Below, in pieces: positions 20,925 to 29,768 of a stretch of 64,000 nt of DNA. The stretch covers positions 128,696 through 192,695 of the forward strand of contig CAWDRG010000001.1 in the NCBI GenBank assembly GCA_963804645.1, in the 5' to 3' direction. Origin of the DNA: an uncultured Bacillota bacterium (GTDB lineage: Bacteria > Sysuimicrobiota > Sysuimicrobiia > Sysuimicrobiales > Segetimicrobiaceae). The stretch's first letter is position 1. Each line of letters opens with the position of its first letter. The notes under the pieces were generated by a model. The model ran no database searches. It was not told the origin of the DNA and saw nothing but the letters and a program-made list of their open reading frames with translations. A program made the translations under genes and the position numbers.

Positions 20925-22161
20925 ACTGACACCGGAGACGTTGATTGTGGCCTTGGATCTGGGCAAACACCAGCACGCCGTATGGGTGACTGATTCGACA
21001 CGCATTCCCCTGGATACCTGGGTGATGCCGACCAGTCCCGAAGGGTTTGCCACTCTCTTCGATCGAACCGCGCGCCTGCAAGAGCGATTCGGGCGCCCCC
21101 AGTTGCTGTTCGCCATGGAACCGACCAGTCACTTTTGGAAGCTGGCCGCACAGCAGATCACAGACCGCGGCGCGCGCTATCGCCTGGTGCAACCGTTGTC
21201 CGTGCGGCGAGCGCGAGAAGAACAGCGGTACACCTGGGCGAAAGGCGACCGGATCGACGCAGAACTGATCGCCACCCTGATTGCAAACGGGACATGGCTG
21301 GAGAAGCAGCTGGAAACGGGACCGTGGGGCACTTGGGAACAACTGGCGCGCACGCGGCTTCACTTGGTGCAGCAGCGGGCCGATATCTTGCGAGAACTGC
21401 TGGCACTGGTCGAGCTGTGGTTTCCAAATTATCCCTACTTGCCCCACGGAGTGACGCAACCGGGCTCGGTCGCGGTGTTGCGCAGTTGCCCCACGCCGGC
21501 GGAGATTCAACGCCTGAGCGCCGAGGCGTTTCTGACCCGCGTGCGTGCCCACTATACCGGAGCGCGGTTCCTCCCACGCCGTATCTTGCGGGTCTATCAC
21601 GCGGCCAAGCACACCTGGGGCCTGCGAACTGATCGGTTGACCGCCGGCTTGCGCATTCGCATGGCGGTCCGCCGCTACGCATTACTGACCGAGCAGATTG
21701 CGACAACGGAACGTCACCTCGCCCGATTCTATCGCGCCAGCGGCGCGCGGGCCCTGTTGGAGACCATTCCAGGCTTGGGCGCTGCGGTGGCCAGTACGCT
21801 CGTTGCGCTGATGGGCCCGGTCAATCGCTACGATCGTAGTCGTTGCGTCGTGCGGCTCGCCGGGGCGGAACCGACCGAAAATGCGTCTGGCACATTTCAA
21901 GGGCACACTCCGGCGAGTCATCGCGGGCGCGGGGCGCTGCGATTGGTGGCCTACCAGGCAGTCCTCGGCCTCATTCGCTGTAATCCCGAGTTTCGAGCCA
22001 GGTACGATTGGCTAACCACACGACCGAAGCGGCCGCTCCATCAGATCGCGGCCCGCGTCGCGCTGGCCAATAAACTATTGCGTACCATTTATACGATACT
22101 TGTCACACACTGTCCGTACGATGCTTCCGTGGCGCGCGGGGAGGGGCGGAACTCGCAGTGA
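20866..22161 (+). CDS. IS110-family DEDD recombinase/transposase
   Basis: RuvC-like ALDLGK, MEPTSHFW, KGDRIDA; C-terminal LETIPGLG, TENASG (conserved Ser), SHRGRGALR; ATG after GGAGGAGG. Confidence 0.95.
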   Translation: MQMTIGVRRRIAKQTQRRAELTPETLIVALDLGKHQHAVWVTDSTRIPLDTWVMPTSPEGFATLFDRTARLQERFGRPQLLFAMEPTSHFWKLAAQQITDRGARYRLVQPLSVRRAREEQRYTWAKGDRIDAELIATLIANGTWLEKQLETGPWGTWEQLARTRLHLVQQRADILRELLALVELWFPNYPYLPHGVTQPGSVAVLRSCPTPAEIQRLSAEAFLTRVRAHYTGARFLPRRILRVYHAAKHTWGLRTDRLTAGLRIRMAVRRYALLTEQIATTERHLARFYRASGARALLETIPGLGAAVASTLVALMGPVNRYDRSRCVVRLAGAEPTENASGTFQGHTPASHRGRGALRLVAYQAVLGLIRCNPEFRARYDWLTTRPKRPLHQIAARVALANKLLRTIYTILVTHCPYDASVARGEGRNSQ

Positions 22162-22167
22162 TCAGTA

Positions 22168-22369
22168 CCGTCCTGCTAGGGCAGCCCGGCACCGCATCTC
22201 TTGGGCACAACCCGATGTCAAGCATGGGCACGCCCTCCCGCGTACCCCGGATGGCGGCTGGTGGGAACACCCCGTATCGCCACTAGAGTGGGATGGGAGG
22301 ACGAGACTCAAGTGGGACGCGTACAGAAACTGTTTCTCAATACTAGGTTATAGCTCACTAAGCAGGCGG
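22168..22369 (+). ncRNA. Putative bridge RNA/seekRNA of the IS110 element
   Basis: Closing stem 22168-79 with 22358-69, internal hairpins, TGTCAAG antisense to the target and ATACTAG antisense to the donor junction. Confidence 0.75.
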
Positions 22370-22551
22370 CGAGAAAAAACGGCCCCCTGCGCACGGGGAG
22401 ACATGTGTCACCGAGGGGACTTGACAAGACTCTCATAGGCTGCTTGACACTACCGAAGCACACCGGCTTAATGCCGTTTTTCCGAGTTCCAGCGCGCGAC
22501 GTGAAGAGCAACTGATGGTCGAGCAATTTCCCGGACCGGTATCCTGCATCC

Positions 22552-22929
22552 ATGAAGCGGACGACGATGCCTTGTACCATTTGTGCCACCTCGCTGAATC
22601 CCAACGGGGTCGCGGTGGGGACTCCGTACCAGGTCAGTAGTGGCAACTGGAACTTTGATATCAAACCGGGGCCCAAGCTTGGAAACGGCGAAAGCAGTTA
22701 CGACACTGTCCTGATCGTCACCTATAAGGATGGGAAGAAGCAATGCCTCATCATGCGCCCCCTTGGGACGGTGGTCTACAACCCGGCCGGAACGGCCGTG
22801 ATCCTGACAATTGTGTTCGACGAAGGGGGATCCGTGAAGACGCATCGGGAGGTCTCGTTGACCAATTGGCTTCCGCGGCCCACGGTCACGACGCCCTCTC
22901 CGACGCCCAATCAACCGGGCGGTGACTAG
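22552..22929 (+). CDS. Hypothetical protein
   Basis: 125-aa ORF with natural-looking composition and a Pro/Thr tail, lower GC than its flanks; no motif recognised. Confidence 0.45.
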   Translation: MKRTTMPCTICATSLNPNGVAVGTPYQVSSGNWNFDIKPGPKLGNGESSYDTVLIVTYKDGKKQCLIMRPLGTVVYNPAGTAVILTIVFDEGGSVKTHREVSLTNWLPRPTVTTPSPTPNQPGGD

Positions 22930-23091
22930 GTACCCGCGGCGTCCGAGCGGCCCCGCCGTTCGGGATGAGCCGTGTGGGGCGTATCGCTCGCACGGCCGCA
23001 TGTGCTACAATGAGCGGCGCGCCCGGAACGCTCGCCACCGGCAGGTGCCGGCCCGGTCGAGCGCGCGGGCAGTGGCGTCGGAGGTGTCGGG

Positions 23092-23352
23092 GTGGCCAAG
23101 CGGACAAAGTCGGGCTTGAAGCGTAAGCGGCAGACCGTCAAGCGTACCGCCCGCAATCAGGCGGTGCGGACGGAGTTGAAGACCCTGATCAAGAAAGCGC
23201 GCGAGGCCGGGGCGTCCGGCCCGGATGAACTCCGCGCGGCCGTGCGGGCGCTCGACTCCGCCGCGCACAAGGGCATCGTGCACCGGAACACCGCGGCGCG
23301 CAAGAAGTCGCGCCTGATGAAGCGGTTCGCCCACGCGGGCGCACCGGCCTAA
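23092..23352 (+). CDS. rpsT: 30S ribosomal protein S20
   Basis: AKRTKSGLKRKRQ..RN..KT..LDSAAHKGIVHRNTAARKKSRL; GGAGGT SD. Confidence 0.96.
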   Translation: MAKRTKSGLKRKRQTVKRTARNQAVRTELKTLIKKAREAGASGPDELRAAVRALDSAAHKGIVHRNTAARKKSRLMKRFAHAGAPA

Positions 23353-23374
23353 CGTCCGGCACGCCGGCTGCGCC

Positions 23375-24454
23375 TTACGGAGCCGCCGGTCCGGATTTTC
23401 CGGATCCGCACAACCGCACGATCAATGTCTCGAGCACGAGCCGCGGTGCCATCGCGCCGGTCTTGATCGTCGCGTCCGCCTCGAGCAGGACCGCCAGCAT
23501 CTCGGCTGGCGGCACCCGGTCGAACGCCCGGAGTTGATCCCGGTAGCGCCTGAACAGCCACGCGCGGTTGCCCAAGACCTCGCGGACCTGCTCGCTCGGA
23601 CGCTCGGCCCGCTCGCCGCGGTCGAGCAGCACCTGGGCGCGGAGCAGCATCCGGATCTGGTCCTCGAGAAGATACAGCACGCGCAGCGGCGGCTCGCCCG
23701 CCTCGATCAGCGTCTGCAGCAGTTCGAGCGCACGCCCCGCCTGATGGCGCCCGACGGCGTCCGTCAGGTCGAACACCCCGGCTTCCGCCACGTGGCTCGC
23801 GATCGCGCGCACGTCGTCCGCCGTAATCTCCCGTCGGTCCCCGACGTACGCGGCCAGCTTCGCGATCTCCAGCCCGAGCTCTCGCAGCCCGCCGCCTACC
23901 AGCAGCACGAGCGTGCGCGCCGCCTCGGGCTGGACGGTCTTGCCCTCCTGCTCGGCGCGCACGCGGATCCACGCCGGGAGATCCTGGACGTCGAGCGGGC
24001 CGCACGCGATCACCCGCCCGGTCCGTTGGGCCACGCCGTACAGGCGGCGGCGCTGGTCCAGCTTCTCCGCGGCGAGGATCAGCGTCGACGGCGGCGCGGC
24101 GGGCTCGAGGTACGCGGCGAGCGCGTCCTGATCGGCCGGACGCAGCGCCTCCGAACGGCGGACCAGCACGACCCGGCGCGCGCCGAAGAACGGCAGCGTC
24201 TCGCAGCGCGCGATGATGTCCGCGGCCGGCGTGTCGCCCGCATCGAGCGTGTCCAGGTTGAGGGCGCGCTCGGCGGCGGGCACCAGCTCGTCGAGCAGCG
24301 TCGCCAGCGCCTGCTCGGCCAGCACGTCCTCTCCGCCGAGCAGCAGATAGACGTGCGGCGGCCCCCCGGCACGGGGGCGTCCCGCGGCGGCGCCCGCGCT
24401 CGGCGCGCGCCCGCGGGGCGGCGCCGCCGGACGCTCCGCGCGGGACCGGGTCAC
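23375..24454 (-). CDS. holA: DNA polymerase III delta subunit
   Basis: [44 protein letters not shown]; convergent with rpsT. Confidence 0.92.
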   Translation of the reverse strand: MTRSRAERPAAPPRGRAPSAGAAAGRPRAGGPPHVYLLLGGEDVLAEQALATLLDELVPAAERALNLDTLDAGDTPAADIIARCETLPFFGARRVVLVRRSEALRPADQDALAAYLEPAAPPSTLILAAEKLDQRRRLYGVAQRTGRVIACGPLDVQDLPAWIRVRAEQEGKTVQPEAARTLVLLVGGGLRELGLEIAKLAAYVGDRREITADDVRAIASHVAEAGVFDLTDAVGRHQAGRALELLQTLIEAGEPPLRVLYLLEDQIRMLLRAQVLLDRGERAERPSEQVREVLGNRAWLFRRYRDQLRAFDRVPPAEMLAVLLEADATIKTGAMAPRLVLETLIVRLCGSGKSGPAAP

Positions 24455-24477
24455 GCGCGCCGCCCCCGCAGCGCATC

Positions 24478-25137
24478 ATGACCGCGCCGCGGCACCGGCC
24501 CGCCCGAGCAGACGCGGTCCGCCGCGGCGGGGCCGCCTCGCGCGCCGTCCTGCTGGCGGCCGCGCTGCTCGCGGTCCTCGGGCGGTTCGCTCTGCCGGCC
24601 GCATCCGCGCCCGACAGCTTGCTGCCCACGGGCACGTTCGAGATCGCGCGCGACACCTCGTCGGCCGTGTTCTTCGTGCCGGACAACCGCGGCGGATTCT
24701 CCGGGCGCACCACACAGCTGAGCGGACAGATCGTCGTCGCGCAGACTGCCGCCGAGGACTACACGGCCCAGGTCAGCGCGACGATCGACGCGGGGACGCT
24801 CACGACCCAGAACGGCATTCGAGACGCCGCGATGCGCGCAGTGTACCTGCGGACCGCGCAGTTTCCAGCGATCACCTTCGTCGGCACCGCCAGCGCTCGC
24901 CCCGGGCTGGGGGTCGCGCCATTTCCCGCCGAGATCCGGGGACGGCTCACGCTGCGGGATGTCACGCGGGACGAACAGTTCACCGCCACGATCACGGCGC
25001 TGTCGCGCACCTACGTGGCCGACGCGACGGCCACGCTCCGCATGGCGGACTACGGCATCCCGTATCCGCGCGCGTTCATTTTCGTCGCGCGCGATCCGGT
25101 CACGGTCACCCTGCACCTCGTCGCGCGCCAGCCCTGA
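24478..25137 (+). CDS. YceI-family protein
   Basis: Signal peptide, [27 protein letters not shown]. Confidence 0.85.
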   Translation: MTAPRHRPARADAVRRGGAASRAVLLAAALLAVLGRFALPAASAPDSLLPTGTFEIARDTSSAVFFVPDNRGGFSGRTTQLSGQIVVAQTAAEDYTAQVSATIDAGTLTTQNGIRDAAMRAVYLRTAQFPAITFVGTASARPGLGVAPFPAEIRGRLTLRDVTRDEQFTATITALSRTYVADATATLRMADYGIPYPRAFIFVARDPVTVTLHLVARQP

Positions 25138-25166
25138 GCGCGTGACCGGCGGCGCGCCGGCGCCCC

Positions 25167-27100
25167 TCACGACCCGTCGCGGCTGCGCGTGGCGTTCTCC
25201 TGGACGACGCGCGCCACAAACGCCTCGAGCGGCATCGCGCCCTCGTCGCCCTTGGCGCGGCTGCGCACCGCGACGGCGCCCGCCTCCTGCTCCCGGTCCC
25301 CCACAACCAGCATGTACGGCACCTTGAACAGCTGCGCCGCACGAATCTTGTGCCCGGTGCGCTCGCTCGTCGCGTCGACCTCGACCCGCAGCTGGTGGGC
25401 GGCGAGCGCCGCCTGGACGGTCGCGGCGTACCCGAGATGCCGGTCCGCGATTGGGATCACGCGCACCTGCTCCGGCGCCAGCCAGAGCGGAAACGCCCCG
25501 GCGTACTCCTCGATCAAGAACGCCGTGATGCGCTCGAGCGTGCTGATCACACCCCGGTGAATCATCACCGGCTGGTGGGGCTGGCTGTCTTCCCCGATGT
25601 ACTCCAGCCCGAAGCGCTCGGGCAGGTAGAAGTCGATCTGCACGGTGGAGATCGTCTCGTCCTTCCCGAGGACGTTCGGGACCTGGACGTCGAGCTTCGG
25701 CCCGTAAAACGACGCCTCGCCCTTCGCCTCCTGGTACGGCACGTCGAGCTGCCGCATGGCCTGGCGCAGCTGATCCTCGGCGAGATTCCACATCGCGTCG
25801 TTCTGCACGTACTTCGTCCGATCGTTGGGATCGCGCAGCGACAAGCCGGTACCAGAACTGCCGAAGTCCGAGGTCTTGGTACGCCCGCTGGATCAGGCGG
25901 ACCACCCCGATGAACTCGTCCGTCAGCTGGTCCGGCCGGCAGAAGATGTGCGCGTCGTTGAGCGTCATCGCCCGCACGCGCGACAGGCCGGACAGCGTCC
26001 CCGACCGCTCGTACCGATACATCGTCCCGAGCTCGGCGATCCGGATCGGCAGCTCGCGGTAGCTGTGCCGCCCGTGCTTGAAGATCATGATGTGGTGCGG
26101 GCAGTTCATGGGACGCAGCACCAGCTCCTCGTTGTCGACCTTCATCGGCGGATACATATTGTCGCGGTAGTGGTCCCAGTGTCCGCTGATCTTGTACAGT
26201 TCGATGCTCGCCAGGTCGGGCGTGTGCGACGTGCTGGTAGCCGAGGCTCAGTTCCAGGTCGGTGATGTAGCGGTCGAGCACGCGGCGCACCGTCGCCCCG
26301 CGCGGCAGCCACAGCGGGAGCCCCTGTCCGACCTCCGGCACCGAGACGAACAGCTCGAGCTCGCGCCCGAGCTTGCGGTGGTCGCGCCGCTTCGCCTCCT
26401 CGAGCCGCTCGAGGTAGCCGTCGAGCTCCGACTGCGTCGGGAACGAGATCCCGTAGATCCGCTGCAGCATCTCGCGGTGCTCGTCGCCGCGCCAGTACGC
26501 GCCGGACGTACTGAGGAGCTTCACGGCCTTGATCCGCCCGGTGGACGGCAGATGCGGTCCCCGGCACATATCCTGGAACCCGTTCTGGCGGTAGACGCTC
26601 ACCGGGTCGTCGGGGATCCCCTCCAGCAACTCCAACTTGTAACGGTCGCCCGCGGCGGTGAAGAGGCGCGCGGCCTCGGCCCGGGGCAGCTGGACGCGCT
26701 CGATCGGCTCGTCCCGCTTGGCCAGGTCCCGCATGCGGGCCTCGATCCGGTCGAGGTCTTCGGGCGTGAACGGCCGCCCGATGTCGAAGTCGTAGTAGAA
26801 CCCGTCCTCGATCGGCGGCCCGATCGCGAGCTTGGCCTCCGGGAACAGCTCCCGCACCGCCTGCGCCAGCAGGTGGGCCGTGCTGTGCCAATAGATGGTC
26901 TTCCCGGCGAGGTCCGCGAACGTCAGCCATTCGACAGCCGCATCGCCCTCGAGCCGCGCCGAGAGATCCCGCTCGACGCCGTCAACCTTGGCCGCGAGGG
27001 CGTCGACCGCTGCGCGGTCACGCGCCACGTCCGCCAGCGTCGTGCCGCGCTCGTACGCCTTGATCGTGCCGTCAGGAAACCGTACTGTCGCCTGCGCCAT
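25167..27100 (-). pseudogene. thrS: Threonine--tRNA ligase split across three frames by two +1 insertions (possibly sequence errors)
   Basis: [37 protein letters not shown]; extra base within 26224-26227 and within 25842-25845. Confidence 0.9.
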
Positions 27101-27120
27101 CGTCGTCCCCCCTGGCATGC

Positions 27121-27375
27121 AAAAATCGCCCCGTCCGTTGGGACGGAGGCGATCCGCGGTTCCACCCACGCTTCCCCGCGCGACGCCGCCGCCGGAGAAA
27201 CGCACCGCCGGCCCGCCGCTCTACGAGGCACTCGTCACGCTGTCACGGGCGCACCCGGCCGGGCTTCCGCCCGCCGCTCGGGAGGGGTGTTCCGCCGCCG
27301 GCCGGGCGGGGCTTGCAGCCGAGGCCCCGCCTCTCTTCCGGCCGTCTACCGGCGTACTCGTCTCCGTCATCGCCG
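27121..27375 (-). promoter_or_regulatory. T-box riboswitch, Thr (ACC) specifier
   Basis: Stem I motifs AGTA, AGAGA, GCTG; GAAC-ACC specifier (27286-88); T-box GGGTGGAACCGCG; terminator ATCGCC..GGCGATTTTT; extended -10 TGgTATAAT at 27406-14. Confidence 0.93.
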
Positions 27376-27646
27376 TCTCGCCGCCGCAGCGGTCGACACG
27401 CGACGATTATACCATGCCGGGCCGCGGCCCCGGGACGCCCCTTGACCCCGGGGTCCGAAGGGACCGCGACTGAGACCCGCGGGGAGCGCGCGGCCGCTCG
27501 GGGCGCCGCGTTCGTCGGCCCGCCGTAGGCCGGCCGGCGTTCGGGCGTCCGAAGAACGGGGTGCACGGCAGAGGACTGCCGCCCGGACTGCCGAATAGTG
27601 GTCGGCTTAATCGGTACATTCACGTTACAACAGGGGAGGGAAACGC

Positions 27647-29248
27647 ATGGGCAACCCGTTTTCACATGCACGGGGTGCAATCAGCGCGCTCATCATCGCG
27701 TCGATGCTGGTCCTGGGTCTCGTCGTCGTCCCCGGCTCCGTCACCGGCTGGGCCGCGACGCCGACGACCTTCATCTGGGGCAAGTCGGGTGACGCGGACA
27801 CGCTCGACAACAACGTCAGCTCGAACGGCGAGACCTCCGAGGTAACCACGCAGATCTTCAACCTGCTCGTCCGGGCGAAGCCCGGCCAGACCGACGTGGA
27901 GCCGGATCTCGCCACGAGCTGGTCGGTCTCTCCCGATGGCCTGACCTGGACGTTCCAACTGCGGCAGGGCGTGACGTTCCAGGACGGCACGCCGTGGAAC
28001 GCCGCCGCGGCGAAGTTCAACTTCGACCGCTGGGCCGACCCCAAGAATCCGTACCACGCGGTCAAGGGGTTTGACTACGAGTACTGGTCCGACTTCATGG
28101 CCGATTCGTACAAGGAGGCCCGAGTCGCCGCCCCGTACACGCTGCAGCTCGTGCTGAGCAAGCCGAACTCGCCGCTTCTCTACAACCTCTCGATCATCGC
28201 GTTCGAGTTCAACAGCCCGGCCTCCCTGAAACAGTACGGCGCCCAGGGCGTCGGTCAGCATCCGGTGGGGACCGGCCCGTACAAGCTCGTCGAGTGGGTG
28301 CGGGCCGACCACGTGACGCTGCAGGCGAACCCGTCGTTCTTCCGCAAAGGACTCCCGAAGACGCAGCGGGTCATCATGCGCGTGATCACGGACAATGCGG
28401 CGCGGTTCCTCGCGCTCAAGTCGGGCGACATCCAGGCGATGGAAGCGCCGAACCCCGACGACGTGAAGGTCGCGATGTCCGACCCGAATCTGAAGCTCGG
28501 CTACCGGCCCGCGTTCAACACCGGGTGGCTCCGCTTCAACATGAACAACGACATCTTCAAGGACAAACGCATCCGCGAAGCGGTCGCGTACGCGATCAAC
28601 CGCAAGGCGATCGTCGACGCGCTGTACGGGGGCTACGGGACGGTCGCGGATCAGCACATGCCCCCGCTGATGTGGGGCCGCGCGAACGTGACCGGCTACG
28701 CGTACGATCCGGCAAAGGCGAAGCAGCTGCTCGCCGAGGCCCAGTACCCGAACGGGTTCTCGTTCGACTTCTGGTACATCCCGGTCAGCCGGCCGTACTT
28801 CCCGAACGGGAAGGACATCGGCACCGCGGTCGCCAGCGACCTGGCCCAGGTCGGGATCCGGGCCCACCTGCAGACCGAGGATTGGTCCACCTACCTGCAG
28901 GACCGCAAGACCAACAAGTTCGCGATGTTCATGATCGGGTGGATCGGCGACAACGGCGATCCCGACGACTGGCTGGGGTACTTCTTCCCGAAGTACGATG
29001 CGCAGAACGCGTACTTGTCGTACAACAACCCCGCGGTCTTTGACCTGATCAACAAGGCCAAGGTCACCTCCGACCAGGCGCAGCGGGCGAGCATGTACGC
29101 CCAGGCCGAGACCATGATCATCAACGACTACCGCGACATCCCGCTGGCCCACGCGAAGGTCCCGCTCCTGATGAGCAAGAAAGTCCAGGGCCTCGTCGGC
29201 CAGCCCGACGCGAACGAGTACATGGAACTGGTGTCCGTGCAGCCGTAG
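27647..29248 (+). CDS. Peptide ABC transporter substrate-binding protein (family 5, DppA-like)
   Basis: PDLATSWSVSPDGLTWTFQLRQGVTFQDGTP, PVGTGPY, GWIGDNGDPD. Confidence 0.93.
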   Translation: MGNPFSHARGAISALIIASMLVLGLVVVPGSVTGWAATPTTFIWGKSGDADTLDNNVSSNGETSEVTTQIFNLLVRAKPGQTDVEPDLATSWSVSPDGLTWTFQLRQGVTFQDGTPWNAAAAKFNFDRWADPKNPYHAVKGFDYEYWSDFMADSYKEARVAAPYTLQLVLSKPNSPLLYNLSIIAFEFNSPASLKQYGAQGVGQHPVGTGPYKLVEWVRADHVTLQANPSFFRKGLPKTQRVIMRVITDNAARFLALKSGDIQAMEAPNPDDVKVAMSDPNLKLGYRPAFNTGWLRFNMNNDIFKDKRIREAVAYAINRKAIVDALYGGYGTVADQHMPPLMWGRANVTGYAYDPAKAKQLLAEAQYPNGFSFDFWYIPVSRPYFPNGKDIGTAVASDLAQVGIRAHLQTEDWSTYLQDRKTNKFAMFMIGWIGDNGDPDDWLGYFFPKYDAQNAYLSYNNPAVFDLINKAKVTSDQAQRASMYAQAETMIINDYRDIPLAHAKVPLLMSKKVQGLVGQPDANEYMELVSVQP

Positions 29249-29561
29249 CGACACTGGCGGGCGGTACTCGGCGGGGACGCGGCGACATGCCGCGTCCCCG
29301 CTCCGTTTTGCGGAGCGGCGGCCGTCCGCGGCTCCTGCGCTGGTCCAGCAGGGTCCGGCCGGCTGAGGGAATCCTCACGAGCGTGCGCCCGTTCACGTCC
29401 TCCCGAGCGACCAGCCCGCGAGCATTCGCATCTTCCCACGCCGGGAGCCTGGGGCATGACGTGCGCCAGGCCTCCATCACCTCGTCGTAACCGCGGTCGC
29501 CCGCTGCCACCCGCTCAAGCAGGTCGAAGATCAGCGCTTCGACCACCGGATCGATCACCAC
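29121..29561 (-). CDS. Small conserved-looking hypothetical protein
   Basis: GGAGG SD and GTG; LIFDLLE..YDEVMEAWRTSCPRLPAWEDA core of ~70 aa; the C-terminal half is low-complexity read-through overlapping the SBP gene. Confidence 0.55.
   Translation of the reverse strand: MVIDPVVEALIFDLLERVAAGDRGYDEVMEAWRTSCPRLPAWEDANARGLVAREDVNGRTLVRIPSAGRTLLDQRRSRGRPPLRKTERGRGMSPRPRRVPPASVATAARTPVPCTRSRRAGRRGPGLSCSSGAGPSRGPAGCRGSR
29270..29300. terminator. GC-rich hairpin downstream of the first SBP gene
   Basis: GCGGGGACGCGGC-gacat-GCCGCGTCCCCGC perfect 13-bp stem. Confidence 0.55.
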
Positions 29562-29768
29562 GTATCCTCCCCGTGCGCGTGCTCACGGCGATCGCCCGCA
29601 CAGGCTCGGGCCGAGCGTTCGGACCGGCGCGAGGCTTCGCCCTGCGCCGGCGGCCTTCCCGTCGCCCGGATCCGGAGACGCGAAGGCCCCGCGCGCAAGG
29701 GAGTCCCGAACGAAGCGCGAATACCCCTCCAACCTCCGGCGGGCTGCCGGACTTCTCGGGGGTACCTC

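Larger units (their letters stand above)
20763..22444 (+). mobile_element. IS110-family element with IS1111-like architecture
   Basis: CT core at both junctions (20761-62, 22443-44), sub-terminal IRs TATGAGAGTC (20765-74) and GACTCTCATA (22428-37), long 3' non-coding end, no conventional TSD. Confidence 0.93.
19477..22454 (+). mobile_element. IS256-family element, right IR interrupted by an IS110-family element
   Basis: 9-bp TSD GAAGCACAC at 19468-19476 and 22455-22463; ends GGTAGTGT/ACACTACC; 1296 bp once the nested IS is removed. Confidence 0.95.

Noticed and set aside
22444..22475. Hybrid outward promoter from the IS256 TTGACA
   Set aside because: The hexamer at 17-bp spacing is CTTAAT, lacking the key -12T/-11A
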